Assembly (NCBI GenBank): GCA_900545655.1
Contig: UQZY01000002.1
Span: 22,543 to 86,542 of the forward strand
Source of the DNA: an uncultured Oscillospiraceae bacterium
GTDB lineage: Bacteria > Bacillota > Clostridia > Oscillospirales > Acutalibacteraceae
DNA: 64,000 bases
Direction: 5' to 3'
Part shown: one piece after another, positions 43,734-52,973 of the stretch
How positions within the stretch are numbered: the first letter of the stretch is position 1
Layout of the letters: every line of letters starts with the position of its first letter
The notes under the pieces: model-generated
The model's input: only the letters and a program-made list of their open reading frames with translations
What the model was told of the DNA's origin: nothing
Database searches by the model: none
Translations under genes and position numbers: made by a program

Positions 43734-45005
43734 GTGAGAGTTATGACAACATATCAGCACTCAGTTATTCTTGATACCTCAAAGTGTACGGGTTGTACTA
43801 CCTGTACAAAGCACTGTCCTACGGAGGCAATAAGAATAAAGGATGGGGTGGCATCCATAAACTCCGACAGATGCATTGACTGCGGCGAGTGTATAAGACA
43901 CTGTCCGCATCATGCCAAGAAAGCGAATTACAGCAAGTTTTCTACGGGGGATAAGGGTAAGTGGAAGATTGCTCTTCCCGCTCCGACTCTTTATGCACAG
44001 TTTGACGGTCTTGATGATACAAACTATGTATTGTCCGGCCTTATTGATATCGGCTTCGACAGTGTGTTTGAGGTTGCAAAGGCAGCTGAGCTGGTATCTG
44101 CATATACGAGAAATTACCTCAAATTCGACTGGATAAAAAGGCCTGCGATAAGCTCTGCTTGTCCTGTTATCATCAGGCTTATTCAGTTTAGATTTCCGTC
44201 TCTTACAGACAATATCGTTACGCTTTTACCGCCGGTTGAGATTGCGGCTATGATGGCAAGAGAAGATGCCCTTTCAAAGCATCCGGAATTAAAGGCGGAG
44301 GATATCAAGGTTTACTTTATTTCTCCGTGCCCGGCAAAGGTCAGCTATGTAAACAACGGCTTCGGTAAACACAAAAGCTATGTTGATGAGGTTCTCTCAA
44401 TAAGTGATATCTACTTTCAGCTTCTCTCGGTCATGAAAAGAAAGAATGAGCCGAGGCAGCTTTCGGAATCCGGAAGGATAGGAGTGAGTTGGGCACAGTC
44501 GGGCGGAGAATCATCTGCTCTTTTCAGCGAGCACTATCTTGCCGCCGACGGAATTGAAAATGTTATAAGAGTTCTTGATCAAATTGAAAACAGTTCTATT
44601 CCTCAGCTTGACTTTATTGAACTCAACGCATGCCCGGGAGGCTGTGTAGGAGGAGTCATGTGCGTAGAAAATCCGTTTATAGCAAAGGCAAGATTGCTTT
44701 CTCTCAGAAATTATCTGCCGGTATCACAGACCTTTCCCAAAACGGAAAAGGGCGACAACTTTATACCGCGCGACTTTTTCTTTGACGAGTTTCCGAAGTA
44801 CAGCCCCATCAGTAAGCTCAGCGACAATATAGGTGAATCGATGAGAATGATGGCAGCCATTCAGGCTCTGAAGGAAAGCTTACCCGGAATTGATTGCGGA
44901 GCGTGCGGCGCACCCACCTGCAGAGCTTTTGCCGAGGATGTGGTAAAGGGAGAAGCAAGGATAAAGAACTGTAAGATAAGAACGCCGGAGGATGCAGAAA
45001 AATGA
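43734..45005 (+). CDS. sensory-type [FeFe]-hydrogenase homolog (HydS/HfsB-like, Group C-like): 2x[4Fe-4S] ferredoxin + partially degenerate H-cluster domain + C-terminal Cys4 motif
   Basis: CTGCTTCTKHCP and CIDCGECIRHCP ferredoxin motifs. H-domain motifs L1-like SSACPVII (one Cys), L2-like ISPCPAKV, L3 ELNACPGGCVGGVMC. C-terminal DCGACGAPTCRAF...NC. Confidence 0.7.
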   Translation: MRVMTTYQHSVILDTSKCTGCTTCTKHCPTEAIRIKDGVASINSDRCIDCGECIRHCPHHAKKANYSKFSTGDKGKWKIALPAPTLYAQFDGLDDTNYVLSGLIDIGFDSVFEVAKAAELVSAYTRNYLKFDWIKRPAISSACPVIIRLIQFRFPSLTDNIVTLLPPVEIAAMMAREDALSKHPELKAEDIKVYFISPCPAKVSYVNNGFGKHKSYVDEVLSISDIYFQLLSVMKRKNEPRQLSESGRIGVSWAQSGGESSALFSEHYLAADGIENVIRVLDQIENSSIPQLDFIELNACPGGCVGGVMCVENPFIAKARLLSLRNYLPVSQTFPKTEKGDNFIPRDFFFDEFPKYSPISKLSDNIGESMRMMAAIQALKESLPGIDCGACGAPTCRAFAEDVVKGEARIKNCKIRTPEDAEK

Positions 45006-45328
45006 CTGTTTCGGAACTTGTGAAAAAACTGAATCTCAAAGCGGTTACATTGCCAGGGCCAGAAAGGGTTATAGGCGGAGTGTATATCGGCGACCTGTTG
45101 AGCTTTGTCATGGGAAAAGCCCGTGAGGGCGATGTATGGATAACCATAATGTCGAATATCAACGTTATGGCTGTCGCTACACTTGCAAATACTTCGTGTA
45201 TTATTCTTGCGGAGGGTGTCACTCTTGAGGAGAAAATTGTTGATACCGCAAAGGAAAAGTGTATCAATATTCTTTCTTCGGATAAGACGGCATATGAGCT
45301 TGCGGTTGAAATTTCAAGAGCGGTATGA
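45002..45328 (+). CDS. DRTGG-domain protein (second copy)
   Basis: 108 aa with GDLLSFVMGKAREGDVWITIMSNINVMAVATLANTSCIILAEG...AKEKCINILSSDKTAYE. Overlaps the upstream stop. Confidence 0.65.
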   Translation: MTVSELVKKLNLKAVTLPGPERVIGGVYIGDLLSFVMGKAREGDVWITIMSNINVMAVATLANTSCIILAEGVTLEEKIVDTAKEKCINILSSDKTAYELAVEISRAV

Positions 45329-45331
45329 AGC

Positions 45332-46081
45332 ATGAGATATTATTATGATTTTCATATTCACTCGTGCCTGTCTCCTTGTGCTGACAATGATATGACGCCG
45401 AACAATATCTCCGGAATGCTTAAGCTTGCCGGTATAAAGGTTGCGGCACTGACGGACCACAACTCCCTTAAAAACTGTCCGGCTTTTTTTGAGGCGGCAG
45501 AGCGTAACGGGATTATACCGATAGCGGGTGTTGAGATAACCACCTTGGAGGATATCCACGTTGTATGTCTTTTCAGAAGGCTTTCGGCGGCTATGGAATT
45601 TGATGTGGAACTTTACAGACACAGGGTGCTTATAAAGAATAAAACCGAGGTGTTCGGAGATCAGCTTATTTTGGACGGAAAAGACGCGACTGTTTCTACG
45701 GAACCGTATTTTCTGACAAACGCGACTGATTTGTCCGTGGACGATATTCCGCTACTCGTAAAAAATTTTAACGGTATTTCATACCCCGCTCATGTTGACA
45801 GAGAGGCAAACGGTATCATTGCAATTCTCGGTGATTTTCCCGAAAAGCCGGCATTTGACTGTGTGGAATTTCGCAGTTTTGAAAATAAGGAGAAATACAT
45901 AAAGGCATACGATAAGCTTGTCGGGAAAAAGGTGTTGTACGGATCGGATTCACATTTTTTATGCGGAATCGAAGACGCGGCAAATGCCTTTGAATTTGAA
46001 GCCGAGGAAAGGGATCCTCTTGTTGTTACAGACAAAATTTTTGATTTTATCGCGGGAGATTGTGAGGGAACGGTTTTATGA
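45332..46081 (+). CDS. PHP-domain phosphoesterase (predicted protein phosphatase of the cassette)
   Basis: N-terminal YYDFHIHSCLSPCAD and LTDHNS metal-binding His motifs of the PHP fold. Confidence 0.7.
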   Translation: MRYYYDFHIHSCLSPCADNDMTPNNISGMLKLAGIKVAALTDHNSLKNCPAFFEAAERNGIIPIAGVEITTLEDIHVVCLFRRLSAAMEFDVELYRHRVLIKNKTEVFGDQLILDGKDATVSTEPYFLTNATDLSVDDIPLLVKNFNGISYPAHVDREANGIIAILGDFPEKPAFDCVEFRSFENKEKYIKAYDKLVGKKVLYGSDSHFLCGIEDAANAFEFEAEERDPLVVTDKIFDFIAGDCEGTVL

Positions 46082-46635
46082 AGGAACTGTCACTTAACAT
46101 CTTGGATGTTGCAAAAAATTCCGTGACTGCGGGTGCGACCCTTATTGAAATAACAATTTCCGAGACAGACGAGACGATGGAAATCATGATAAGGGATAAC
46201 GGCTGCGGGATGGATGAGGAAACCATAAACAGCGTGACAAATCCGTTTTATACGACAAGAACAACACGTTCCGTGGGACTTGGGGTTCCTCTTTTTAAAA
46301 TGGAAGCGGAAATGACGGGCGGATGGCTTAAGATAACTTCATATTCGAAAGAAGAGTATCCAGACAGACACGGGACTGCGGTAACAGCCTTCTTTAATAA
46401 AAAACACATAGACTTTATAGGACTCGGAGATATGGTCTCCACCATAACCACTCTCGTGGGTGGTTCTCCGGATGTTGATTTCATATTTTTACACACTTAT
46501 GGGGAGAAGTCGGTGTCCGTTGATACGCGTGAAATACGCGTAGCTGTCGGTGAGGATATCTCGCTTGACAATATTGAAATACTTTTATGGATTGAAAATT
46601 CATTGAAAGAAGAATACGGAAATTTGTACTATTAA
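46078..46635 (+). CDS. GHKL/HATPase_c protein (second serine-kinase-like ATPase)
   Basis: LNILDVAKNSVTAGAT...IRDNGCGMDEETINSVTNPFYTTR...GLGVPL (N, G1, G2 boxes). Confidence 0.65.
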   Translation: MKELSLNILDVAKNSVTAGATLIEITISETDETMEIMIRDNGCGMDEETINSVTNPFYTTRTTRSVGLGVPLFKMEAEMTGGWLKITSYSKEEYPDRHGTAVTAFFNKKHIDFIGLGDMVSTITTLVGGSPDVDFIFLHTYGEKSVSVDTREIRVAVGEDISLDNIEILLWIENSLKEEYGNLYY

Positions 46636-46646
46636 CAAAGAAAGGG

Positions 46647-47027
46647 TTGATTAAGATGAAATCTCTTGCAGAGCTTGAGGAGATCCGCAACAAAATGAAG
46701 CCGTCGGTAGTGCTTCGTGAGGATTCGGGAAAAACGCGTGTGGTTGTAGGTATGGCTACATGCGGAATAGCAGCCGGAGCACGACCTGTTTTGCAATCAT
46801 TTGTTGAAAATGTTGCAAATGAAGGACTCGGTGACAAGGTGCAGGTTCTCCAGACAGGGTGTATAGGAATATGTCGTTACGAGCCTGTTGCCGAGGTTTA
46901 CGAGGCGGGAAAAGAGAAGGTTACGTATGTAAAGCTTGATGCCGAAAAAGCAAAACGTATTGTTGAGGAACATCTCAAGGGCGGTAAAGTTGTTGCAGAG
47001 TATACCATTGCAAATTATGAAAAATAA
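46647..47027 (+). CDS. thioredoxin-like [2Fe-2S] ferredoxin (HndB-like small subunit)
   Basis: MATCGIAAGARPV...TGCIGICRYEPV. Confidence 0.7.
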   Translation: MIKMKSLAELEEIRNKMKPSVVLREDSGKTRVVVGMATCGIAAGARPVLQSFVENVANEGLGDKVQVLQTGCIGICRYEPVAEVYEAGKEKVTYVKLDAEKAKRIVEEHLKGGKVVAEYTIANYEK

Positions 47028-47033
47028 AGAGAG

Positions 47034-48842
47034 GTGTTAAGCATGATTCGTTCACAAGTACTTATTTGTGGTGGTACAGGCTGTACCTCTTACGGAAGCA
47101 AGCTTGTCAGGGAGGCGTTTGAAAGGGAAATTTCCGCAAAAGGTCTCTTGGATGAAGTGAAAATCGTCGGGACCGGCTGTTTCGGTCTTTGCGGTTACGG
47201 ACCGGTAGTCATTGTTTATCCCGACGGAACTTTTTACGGTAAGCTGACGCCTGAGGATGTGCCCGAGATAGTTGAAGAGCATCTTCTCAAAGGTCGTGTG
47301 GTAACAAGACTTGAATACAAGGATGTCAACATGACTCCGGATATCGACCTTTCACAGGTTTCTTTGGCTGATACGACTTTTTATAAGACGCAAAAGAGAA
47401 TTGCTTTGCGCAACTGCGGTGTCATAGACCCAGAGCAGATTGACGAGTATATCGCAATGGACGGATATCGTGCTCTCGGTAAATGTCTTACGGAAATGAC
47501 TCCTCAGCAGGTTATAGATGTTGTCCTTGATTCCGGTCTTTGCGGACGCGGCGGTGCGGGATTCCCGACAGGACGCAAATGGTCGTTTGCAGCTGCAAAT
47601 GACGCCGACCAAAAGTATGTATGCTGTAATGCCGATGAGGGCGACCCGGGAGCATTCATGGACCGTTCGGTGCTTGAGGGAGATCCGCATGCATTGCTTG
47701 AGGCAATGACTATCGCGGGATACGCAATAGGCGCAAACCAGGGTTACATATACGTGCGTGCAGAGTATCCTATAGCAGTAAAGCGTCTTAAGATTGCTAT
47801 CGCTCAGTCAAGAGAATACGGACTTCTCGGAAAGAATATTTTTGATTCCGGATTTGATTTTGATATTGATATACGTCTTGGCGCCGGTGCGTTTGTATGC
47901 GGTGAGGAAACGGCTCTCATGACCTCTATCGAGGGTAAGAGGGGAGAACCTCGCCCGCGTCCTCCGTTCCCGGCAGTTAAGGGCCTTTTCGCAAAGCCCA
48001 CTATTTTGAACAACGTTGAGACATACGCCAACATCCCGCAGATTATTCTTAACGGTGCCGATTGGTTTAAGTCAATGGGTACCGAAAAGTCCAAGGGAAC
48101 GAAGGTGTTCGCACTCGGCGGAAAGATAAACAACACGGGACTTGTAGAGGTTCCCATGGGTACGACTCTTCGACATATCGTCGAGGATATAGGCGGCGGT
48201 ATACCGGACGGTAAAAAGTTTAAGGCTGCACAGACCGGAGGTCCTTCCGGCGGATGTATCCCTGCAGAGCATTTTGATATTGAAATTGACTATGACAATC
48301 TTCTTGCCATCGGCTCAATGATGGGCTCCGGCGGGCTTATCGTAATGGATGAGGATACCTGTATGGTTGATATCGCCAAATTCTTCCTTGAGTTCACCGT
48401 TGACGAGTCATGTGGAAAGTGCACACCGTGTCGTATCGGTACGCGCAGGCTTCTTGAAATTCTCAACAAGATAACCTCCGGCGAGGGAACAATGGAAGAC
48501 CTCGACGAGCTTGAGGAGCTTGCCAATCTTATCAAGGATACGGCCCTTTGCGGTCTCGGTCAGACGGCTCCGAATCCTGTCCTTTCAACACTTCACTTTT
48601 TCAGGGACGAATACATCGCCCATATCGTAGATAAGAAGTGTCCTGCAGGCGTCTGCAAAAACCTTCTTACCTTCAAAATTATCGAAGACAAGTGTAAGGG
48701 ATGCACAAAGTGCGCGAGAAACTGTCCTGTTTCCGCAATCAGCGGTACGGTCAAGCAACCGCATGTTATTGATACATTCAAGTGTATCAAGTGCGGTGCT
48801 TGTATTGAAAACTGTGCTTTTGACGCAATAATCAAGGAATAA
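47034..48842 (+). CDS. hydB: [FeFe]-hydrogenase beta subunit / NuoF-like NAD(P)H-binding flavoprotein (HydB/HndC)
   Basis: N-terminal [2Fe-2S] block VLICGGTGCTSYGS. FMN/NADH site GRGGAGFPTGRKW. SLBB domain. 4Fe-4S CGKCTPCRIG. C-terminal 2x ferredoxin motifs CKGCTKCARNCP and CIKCGACIENC. Confidence 0.9.
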   Translation: MLSMIRSQVLICGGTGCTSYGSKLVREAFEREISAKGLLDEVKIVGTGCFGLCGYGPVVIVYPDGTFYGKLTPEDVPEIVEEHLLKGRVVTRLEYKDVNMTPDIDLSQVSLADTTFYKTQKRIALRNCGVIDPEQIDEYIAMDGYRALGKCLTEMTPQQVIDVVLDSGLCGRGGAGFPTGRKWSFAAANDADQKYVCCNADEGDPGAFMDRSVLEGDPHALLEAMTIAGYAIGANQGYIYVRAEYPIAVKRLKIAIAQSREYGLLGKNIFDSGFDFDIDIRLGAGAFVCGEETALMTSIEGKRGEPRPRPPFPAVKGLFAKPTILNNVETYANIPQIILNGADWFKSMGTEKSKGTKVFALGGKINNTGLVEVPMGTTLRHIVEDIGGGIPDGKKFKAAQTGGPSGGCIPAEHFDIEIDYDNLLAIGSMMGSGGLIVMDEDTCMVDIAKFFLEFTVDESCGKCTPCRIGTRRLLEILNKITSGEGTMEDLDELEELANLIKDTALCGLGQTAPNPVLSTLHFFRDEYIAHIVDKKCPAGVCKNLLTFKIIEDKCKGCTKCARNCPVSAISGTVKQPHVIDTFKCIKCGACIENCAFDAIIKE

Positions 48843-48857
48843 GGAGAGAGTATAGAT

Positions 48858-50597
48858 ATGAATATGGTAAATGTTACAATCAACGGTATGAAAATAAGCG
48901 TACCACAGGGCTCTACTATACTCGAGGCTGCAAGGGAACTCGGAATTGAGATACCGACTCTTTGCTTTATGAGAAAGAAAAACGAGATTGGTGCATGCCG
49001 CATTTGTGTTGTAGAGGTCAAAGGCGCAAAAACTCTCGTTACGGCATGTGTTATGCCTGTTTCTGAGGGAATGGATATACTTACAAACTCGGACAGAGTT
49101 ATAAAAGCAAGAAAGAAAATCATAGAATTGATTCTTTCAAATCACAACTGTTCCTGCCTTTCATGTGACAGATCCGAGAACTGCGAGCTTCAGACACTTG
49201 CACGTAATTACGGAGTGGACATGAACAAATTTGAAGGACAGAAGACGGAATCGGATTTTGATGAAAGCTCTCCTTCAATAGTGAGGGATAACAGCAAGTG
49301 TATACTTTGCCGTCGCTGCGTTGCCGCTTGTGAATCACAGACGGGAGTTATCGGTGCAAACCACAGAGGCTTTGATACCGTAATAGGCTGTGCTTTTGAG
49401 TCAAAACTTGCAGACGTTGCATGCGTGAACTGCGGACAATGTATAGAAGCCTGTCCTACGGGTGCTCTTTCCGAAAAAGATCAGATAGATGACGTTATAG
49501 CCGCTATAAACAATCCGGAAAAGGTTGTTGTCGTACAGACAGCTCCCGCAATACGTGTTGCGATAGCCGAGGCATTCGGAAATCCTGTCGGAACAATGGC
49601 AAAGGGAAAAATGGTTGCAGCGCTCAGAAGACTTGGTTTTGATAAGGTTTTTGATACTGATTTTACGGCCGACCTTACAATTATGGAGGAGGCTACGGAA
49701 TTCCTTGACAGATTCAAAAACGGCGGAACGCTTCCCCTTATCACAAGCTGCTCGCCGGGATGGATAAAATTCTGTGAGACATACTATCCGGAGTTTATCC
49801 CGAATCTTTCCACATGTAAATCTCCGCAGCAGATGTTCGGTGCAACGCTCAAGACCTGGTGGGCAGAAAAGAACGGAATCGACCCGAGGCGTATAGTTTC
49901 CGTTTCAATCATGCCGTGTACCGCAAAGAAATTTGAAATCGGTAGAGAAAACGAAGCTGCTGCCGGAATACCGGATGTTGACTATGTTCTTACTACAAGG
50001 GAGCTTGCAAAGATGATAAAACGTGCAGGTATTAACTTCAATGCTCTTCCCGATGAGGAATACGACAGCCCTCTCGGAGAGGCAACAGGTGCCGGAGTTA
50101 TCTTTGCCGCAACGGGCGGTGTTATGGAGGCAGCTCTTCGAACGGCTGTGGATGTCATAACGGGCAAGGACAACGAGACATATGACTTTACAGAGGTGCG
50201 CGGAACCGACGGAATCAAGGAGGCAACATATAAGGTTGGGGATATTGAACTCAGCGTTGCGGTTGCAAGCGGACTTGACAATGCAAGAAAGGTTCTCGAG
50301 GACGTAAAGAGCGGTAAAAAGAACTACCAGTTTATAGAAATCATGTGTTGCCCTGAGGGCTGTGTAAACGGCGGAGGACAGCCGATTCATCCGAATTGGG
50401 AGCGTCAGACTATGGATATTCCGGCTATTCGTTCAAAATCAATCTATGAGGAGGATAGGCATCTTCCGAAGCGTAAGTCACATAAGAACGAAGAGGTTAA
50501 GCTACTTTATGACGAATATTTCGGAAGTCCCAACAGTCATAAGGCTCATGAAATTCTCCATACAACATACATTGACAGATTGGGTACACTCAAGTAA
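48858..50597 (+). CDS. hydA: [FeFe]-hydrogenase catalytic subunit HydA (N-terminal 2Fe-2S + 4Fe-4S domains, H-cluster domain)
   Basis: H-cluster motifs L1 TSCSPGW (see finding), L2 MPCTAKKFE, L3 EIMCCPEGCVNGGGQP. N-terminal CRICVVEV 2Fe-2S block and 2x CxxCxxCxxxCP. Confidence 0.9.
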   Translation: MNMVNVTINGMKISVPQGSTILEAARELGIEIPTLCFMRKKNEIGACRICVVEVKGAKTLVTACVMPVSEGMDILTNSDRVIKARKKIIELILSNHNCSCLSCDRSENCELQTLARNYGVDMNKFEGQKTESDFDESSPSIVRDNSKCILCRRCVAACESQTGVIGANHRGFDTVIGCAFESKLADVACVNCGQCIEACPTGALSEKDQIDDVIAAINNPEKVVVVQTAPAIRVAIAEAFGNPVGTMAKGKMVAALRRLGFDKVFDTDFTADLTIMEEATEFLDRFKNGGTLPLITSCSPGWIKFCETYYPEFIPNLSTCKSPQQMFGATLKTWWAEKNGIDPRRIVSVSIMPCTAKKFEIGRENEAAAGIPDVDYVLTTRELAKMIKRAGINFNALPDEEYDSPLGEATGAGVIFAATGGVMEAALRTAVDVITGKDNETYDFTEVRGTDGIKEATYKVGDIELSVAVASGLDNARKVLEDVKSGKKNYQFIEIMCCPEGCVNGGGQPIHPNWERQTMDIPAIRSKSIYEEDRHLPKRKSHKNEEVKLLYDEYFGSPNSHKAHEILHTTYIDRLGTLK

Positions 50598-50714
50598 AAT
50601 GGATGTGAACAATAATTGAACATAAAACGCTGACCTGACACCGAAAACCTTATGAAGCCGAAAAACGGTTTTGTGAGCTTTGAGGTGAAAGACACAGAAA
50701 ATATCCTATGAAAA

Positions 50715-50766
50715 TAATCAGGTTGCGTAAAGCAGTTGCTTTTTGCAGCCTGATTTCCTGTTTTTA
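50715..50766 (+). terminator. terminator after hydA
   Basis: Long imperfect hairpin aatcaggttgcgtaaagcag-ttgctttttgcagcctgatt followed by TCCTGTTTTT. Confidence 0.55.
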
Positions 50767-50815
50767 TAAAATATTTATCTGACGGTTTTTTTTATGGCGG
50801 AAAGGAGACAAACAG

Positions 50816-51061
50816 ATGGAAAAAAGAGTTGCCGTAATTGGTATAATTGTCGAAAACGCTGATTCTGCTCCGCAGGTTAATGAAATACTGCATGGGTATT
50901 CGGAGTTTATCGTAGGTCGCATGGGTATACCGTATACGGCAAAGGAATTGCATATCATAAGTATTGCCGTGGATGCTCCGATGGATATCATAAATGCAAT
51001 ATCCGGAAAAGTAGGAAGAATACCCGGTGTTTCCGCAAAAGCCGTTTGTTCGGCAAAGTAA
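50816..51061 (+). CDS. TM1266-family putative iron-only hydrogenase system regulator (TIGR03959-like)
   Basis: 81 aa with MEKRVAVIGIIVENADSAPQVNEILHGYSEFIVGRMGIPY...HIISIAVDAP, an ACT/NikR-C-like small regulator typical of this family. Confidence 0.65.
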   Translation: MEKRVAVIGIIVENADSAPQVNEILHGYSEFIVGRMGIPYTAKELHIISIAVDAPMDIINAISGKVGRIPGVSAKAVCSAK

Positions 51062-51106
51062 AGCTTTTAGTTTTTGAATAAATTTTCAGTGGGGTGTGAA
51101 TTAAAA

Positions 51107-52162
51107 ATGAAAAGAATATTATCAATTGTTATGGCTTTTGTCCTTGTACTCACGCTTTTCTCAGCCTGTGGTAAAAAGGGTACTCCCGAACAGCCGGGCA
51201 AAGAGCCTGAAAAGCCGGAGTCATCGGTTCCGAAGGCAACCGGCGTTACGGTAAAACTTGCAACGCTTCAGGGACCAACCGGTATGGGTATGGCATATTT
51301 ACTGGATGATTCCGACAACGGTAAAACTCTTAACAAGTATGAGTATACCGTAGCATCCTCTCCGGATGAGATTACAGGAAAGCTTATTTCGGGTAACTTT
51401 GACATTGCCGCTGTTCCTACAAATGCCGCTGCGACGCTCTATAACAAGTCGAACGGAAAGGTGAAGCTTCTTGCTCTTAACACGGGCTGTGTTCTTTATA
51501 TACTGGAAAAGGGAAACACAATAAAGAGTATTTCAGACCTTAAGGGAAAAACGGTATATGTGAGCGGACAGGGTGCAACACCGGAGTATATCCTTAACTA
51601 TGTGCTGAGTGAGAACGGTCTTAAGCCGGGAACAGACGTAAAAATTGACTTTACGTATTCCGCTCATAATGATCTTGTTGCGTATGCTGCGAGCGGAAAG
51701 GCAGATGTTCTTCTTCTTCCGGAGCCTGCGGCAACGGCACTTCTTGCACAGAATAAGGATATGCGCGTAGCACTCAGCATAAGCGATGTATGGGCAGATA
51801 CAGTAAAGGGTACAAGCTATGAGGGCACTCAGATTGCCATGGGATGCGTGGCTGTAAACACCGAGTTTGCTGAAGCTCATCCGGATGCCGTTGAGGCGTT
51901 CCTCTACGAATACGAGAAGTCAATAAAGGATATAACAAACACCGAGAATCTTGACAAAAGCGCCGAGACAATCGCAAAAGTCGGTATTGTTGCCAAAGCG
52001 GGCATTGCAAAGAGTGCACTTCCGCGCTGCAATATCATCTTTGCCAAGGGCGAAGAAATGAAGAAAATGACAGAGGGCTTCTATAAGGTTCTCTTTGATG
52101 CTCAGCCAAATTCGGTCGGAGGTAAATTGCCGGATGAAAACTTCTATTACAAAGCAAAATAG
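51107..52162 (+). CDS. ABC transporter substrate-binding lipoprotein (NMT1/TauA/SsuA-like)
   Basis: Lipobox LTLFSAC. Periplasmic-binding fold. Confidence 0.75.
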   Translation: MKRILSIVMAFVLVLTLFSACGKKGTPEQPGKEPEKPESSVPKATGVTVKLATLQGPTGMGMAYLLDDSDNGKTLNKYEYTVASSPDEITGKLISGNFDIAAVPTNAAATLYNKSNGKVKLLALNTGCVLYILEKGNTIKSISDLKGKTVYVSGQGATPEYILNYVLSENGLKPGTDVKIDFTYSAHNDLVAYAASGKADVLLLPEPAATALLAQNKDMRVALSISDVWADTVKGTSYEGTQIAMGCVAVNTEFAEAHPDAVEAFLYEYEKSIKDITNTENLDKSAETIAKVGIVAKAGIAKSALPRCNIIFAKGEEMKKMTEGFYKVLFDAQPNSVGGKLPDENFYYKAK

Positions 52163-52973
52163 ATTTGGCGGCAAAGTAAAATATTTAATTGTCGCAGTTA
52201 TATGGCTTACGATTTGGGAAGTTTCCGCGGTGCTTGCAAATGACCCGATTTTGTTTGTGCCACCACACAGAGGTTTTGTGACATTTTTTAAGCTTGCCTC
52301 GACTTGGGAGTTTTGGAAGACTGTACTTACTTCCGTGCTGCGCGTGCTTTCAGGCTTTGTCCTCGGATATATCAGCACTGCATTGCTTAGCTTTTGCGCG
52401 TACAGAAGCTCCTTCATAAAAGCTTTTATAACTCCGATAATTAATATAATCAAGGCAACTCCCGTTGCATCCTTCATAATCGTCATGCTTATGTGGGCGG
52501 GAAAAAACTTTGTGCCCATTTTCATATGCGTACTTATGGTTACCCCCATTGTGTGGAGCAATGTACTGGAGGGTCTTATGAGTGTGGATAAGAATCTTCT
52601 GGAAATGGCGGATGTTTACAAGATGACAACGAGTGAAAAGATAAAGCACATATATATACCGAGCCTTATTCCGTACAATGCGGCTGCCGTGGATTCGGGC
52701 CTCGGCTTGTGCTGGAAGGCAGGCGTTTCCGCAGAGGTAATCTGTCGGACAATTCCGTCTATAGGAAACAGTATATGGGAGACAAAGTTCTATGTTATAA
52801 CAGATGAGCTGTTTGCATGGACAACTATGGTAGTGTTACTAAGTCTTATCTTTGACTGGATTTTAAGTCATGCTATGAATAAGGTTTTCCGTAACTATGC
52901 TGTACAGAAAGATTTTATGCGACTGACGGAAGATCATGATGAATTAAAATCCGGGATAGAGGTGGATGTGTGA
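52134..52973 (+). CDS. ABC transporter permease (TauC/SsuC-like)
   Basis: Six TM helices with an EAA-like loop. ATG 52134 overlaps the SBP 3' end. Confidence 0.75.
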   Translation: MKTSITKQNRFGGKVKYLIVAVIWLTIWEVSAVLANDPILFVPPHRGFVTFFKLASTWEFWKTVLTSVLRVLSGFVLGYISTALLSFCAYRSSFIKAFITPIINIIKATPVASFIIVMLMWAGKNFVPIFICVLMVTPIVWSNVLEGLMSVDKNLLEMADVYKMTTSEKIKHIYIPSLIPYNAAAVDSGLGLCWKAGVSAEVICRTIPSIGNSIWETKFYVITDELFAWTTMVVLLSLIFDWILSHAMNKVFRNYAVQKDFMRLTEDHDELKSGIEVDV

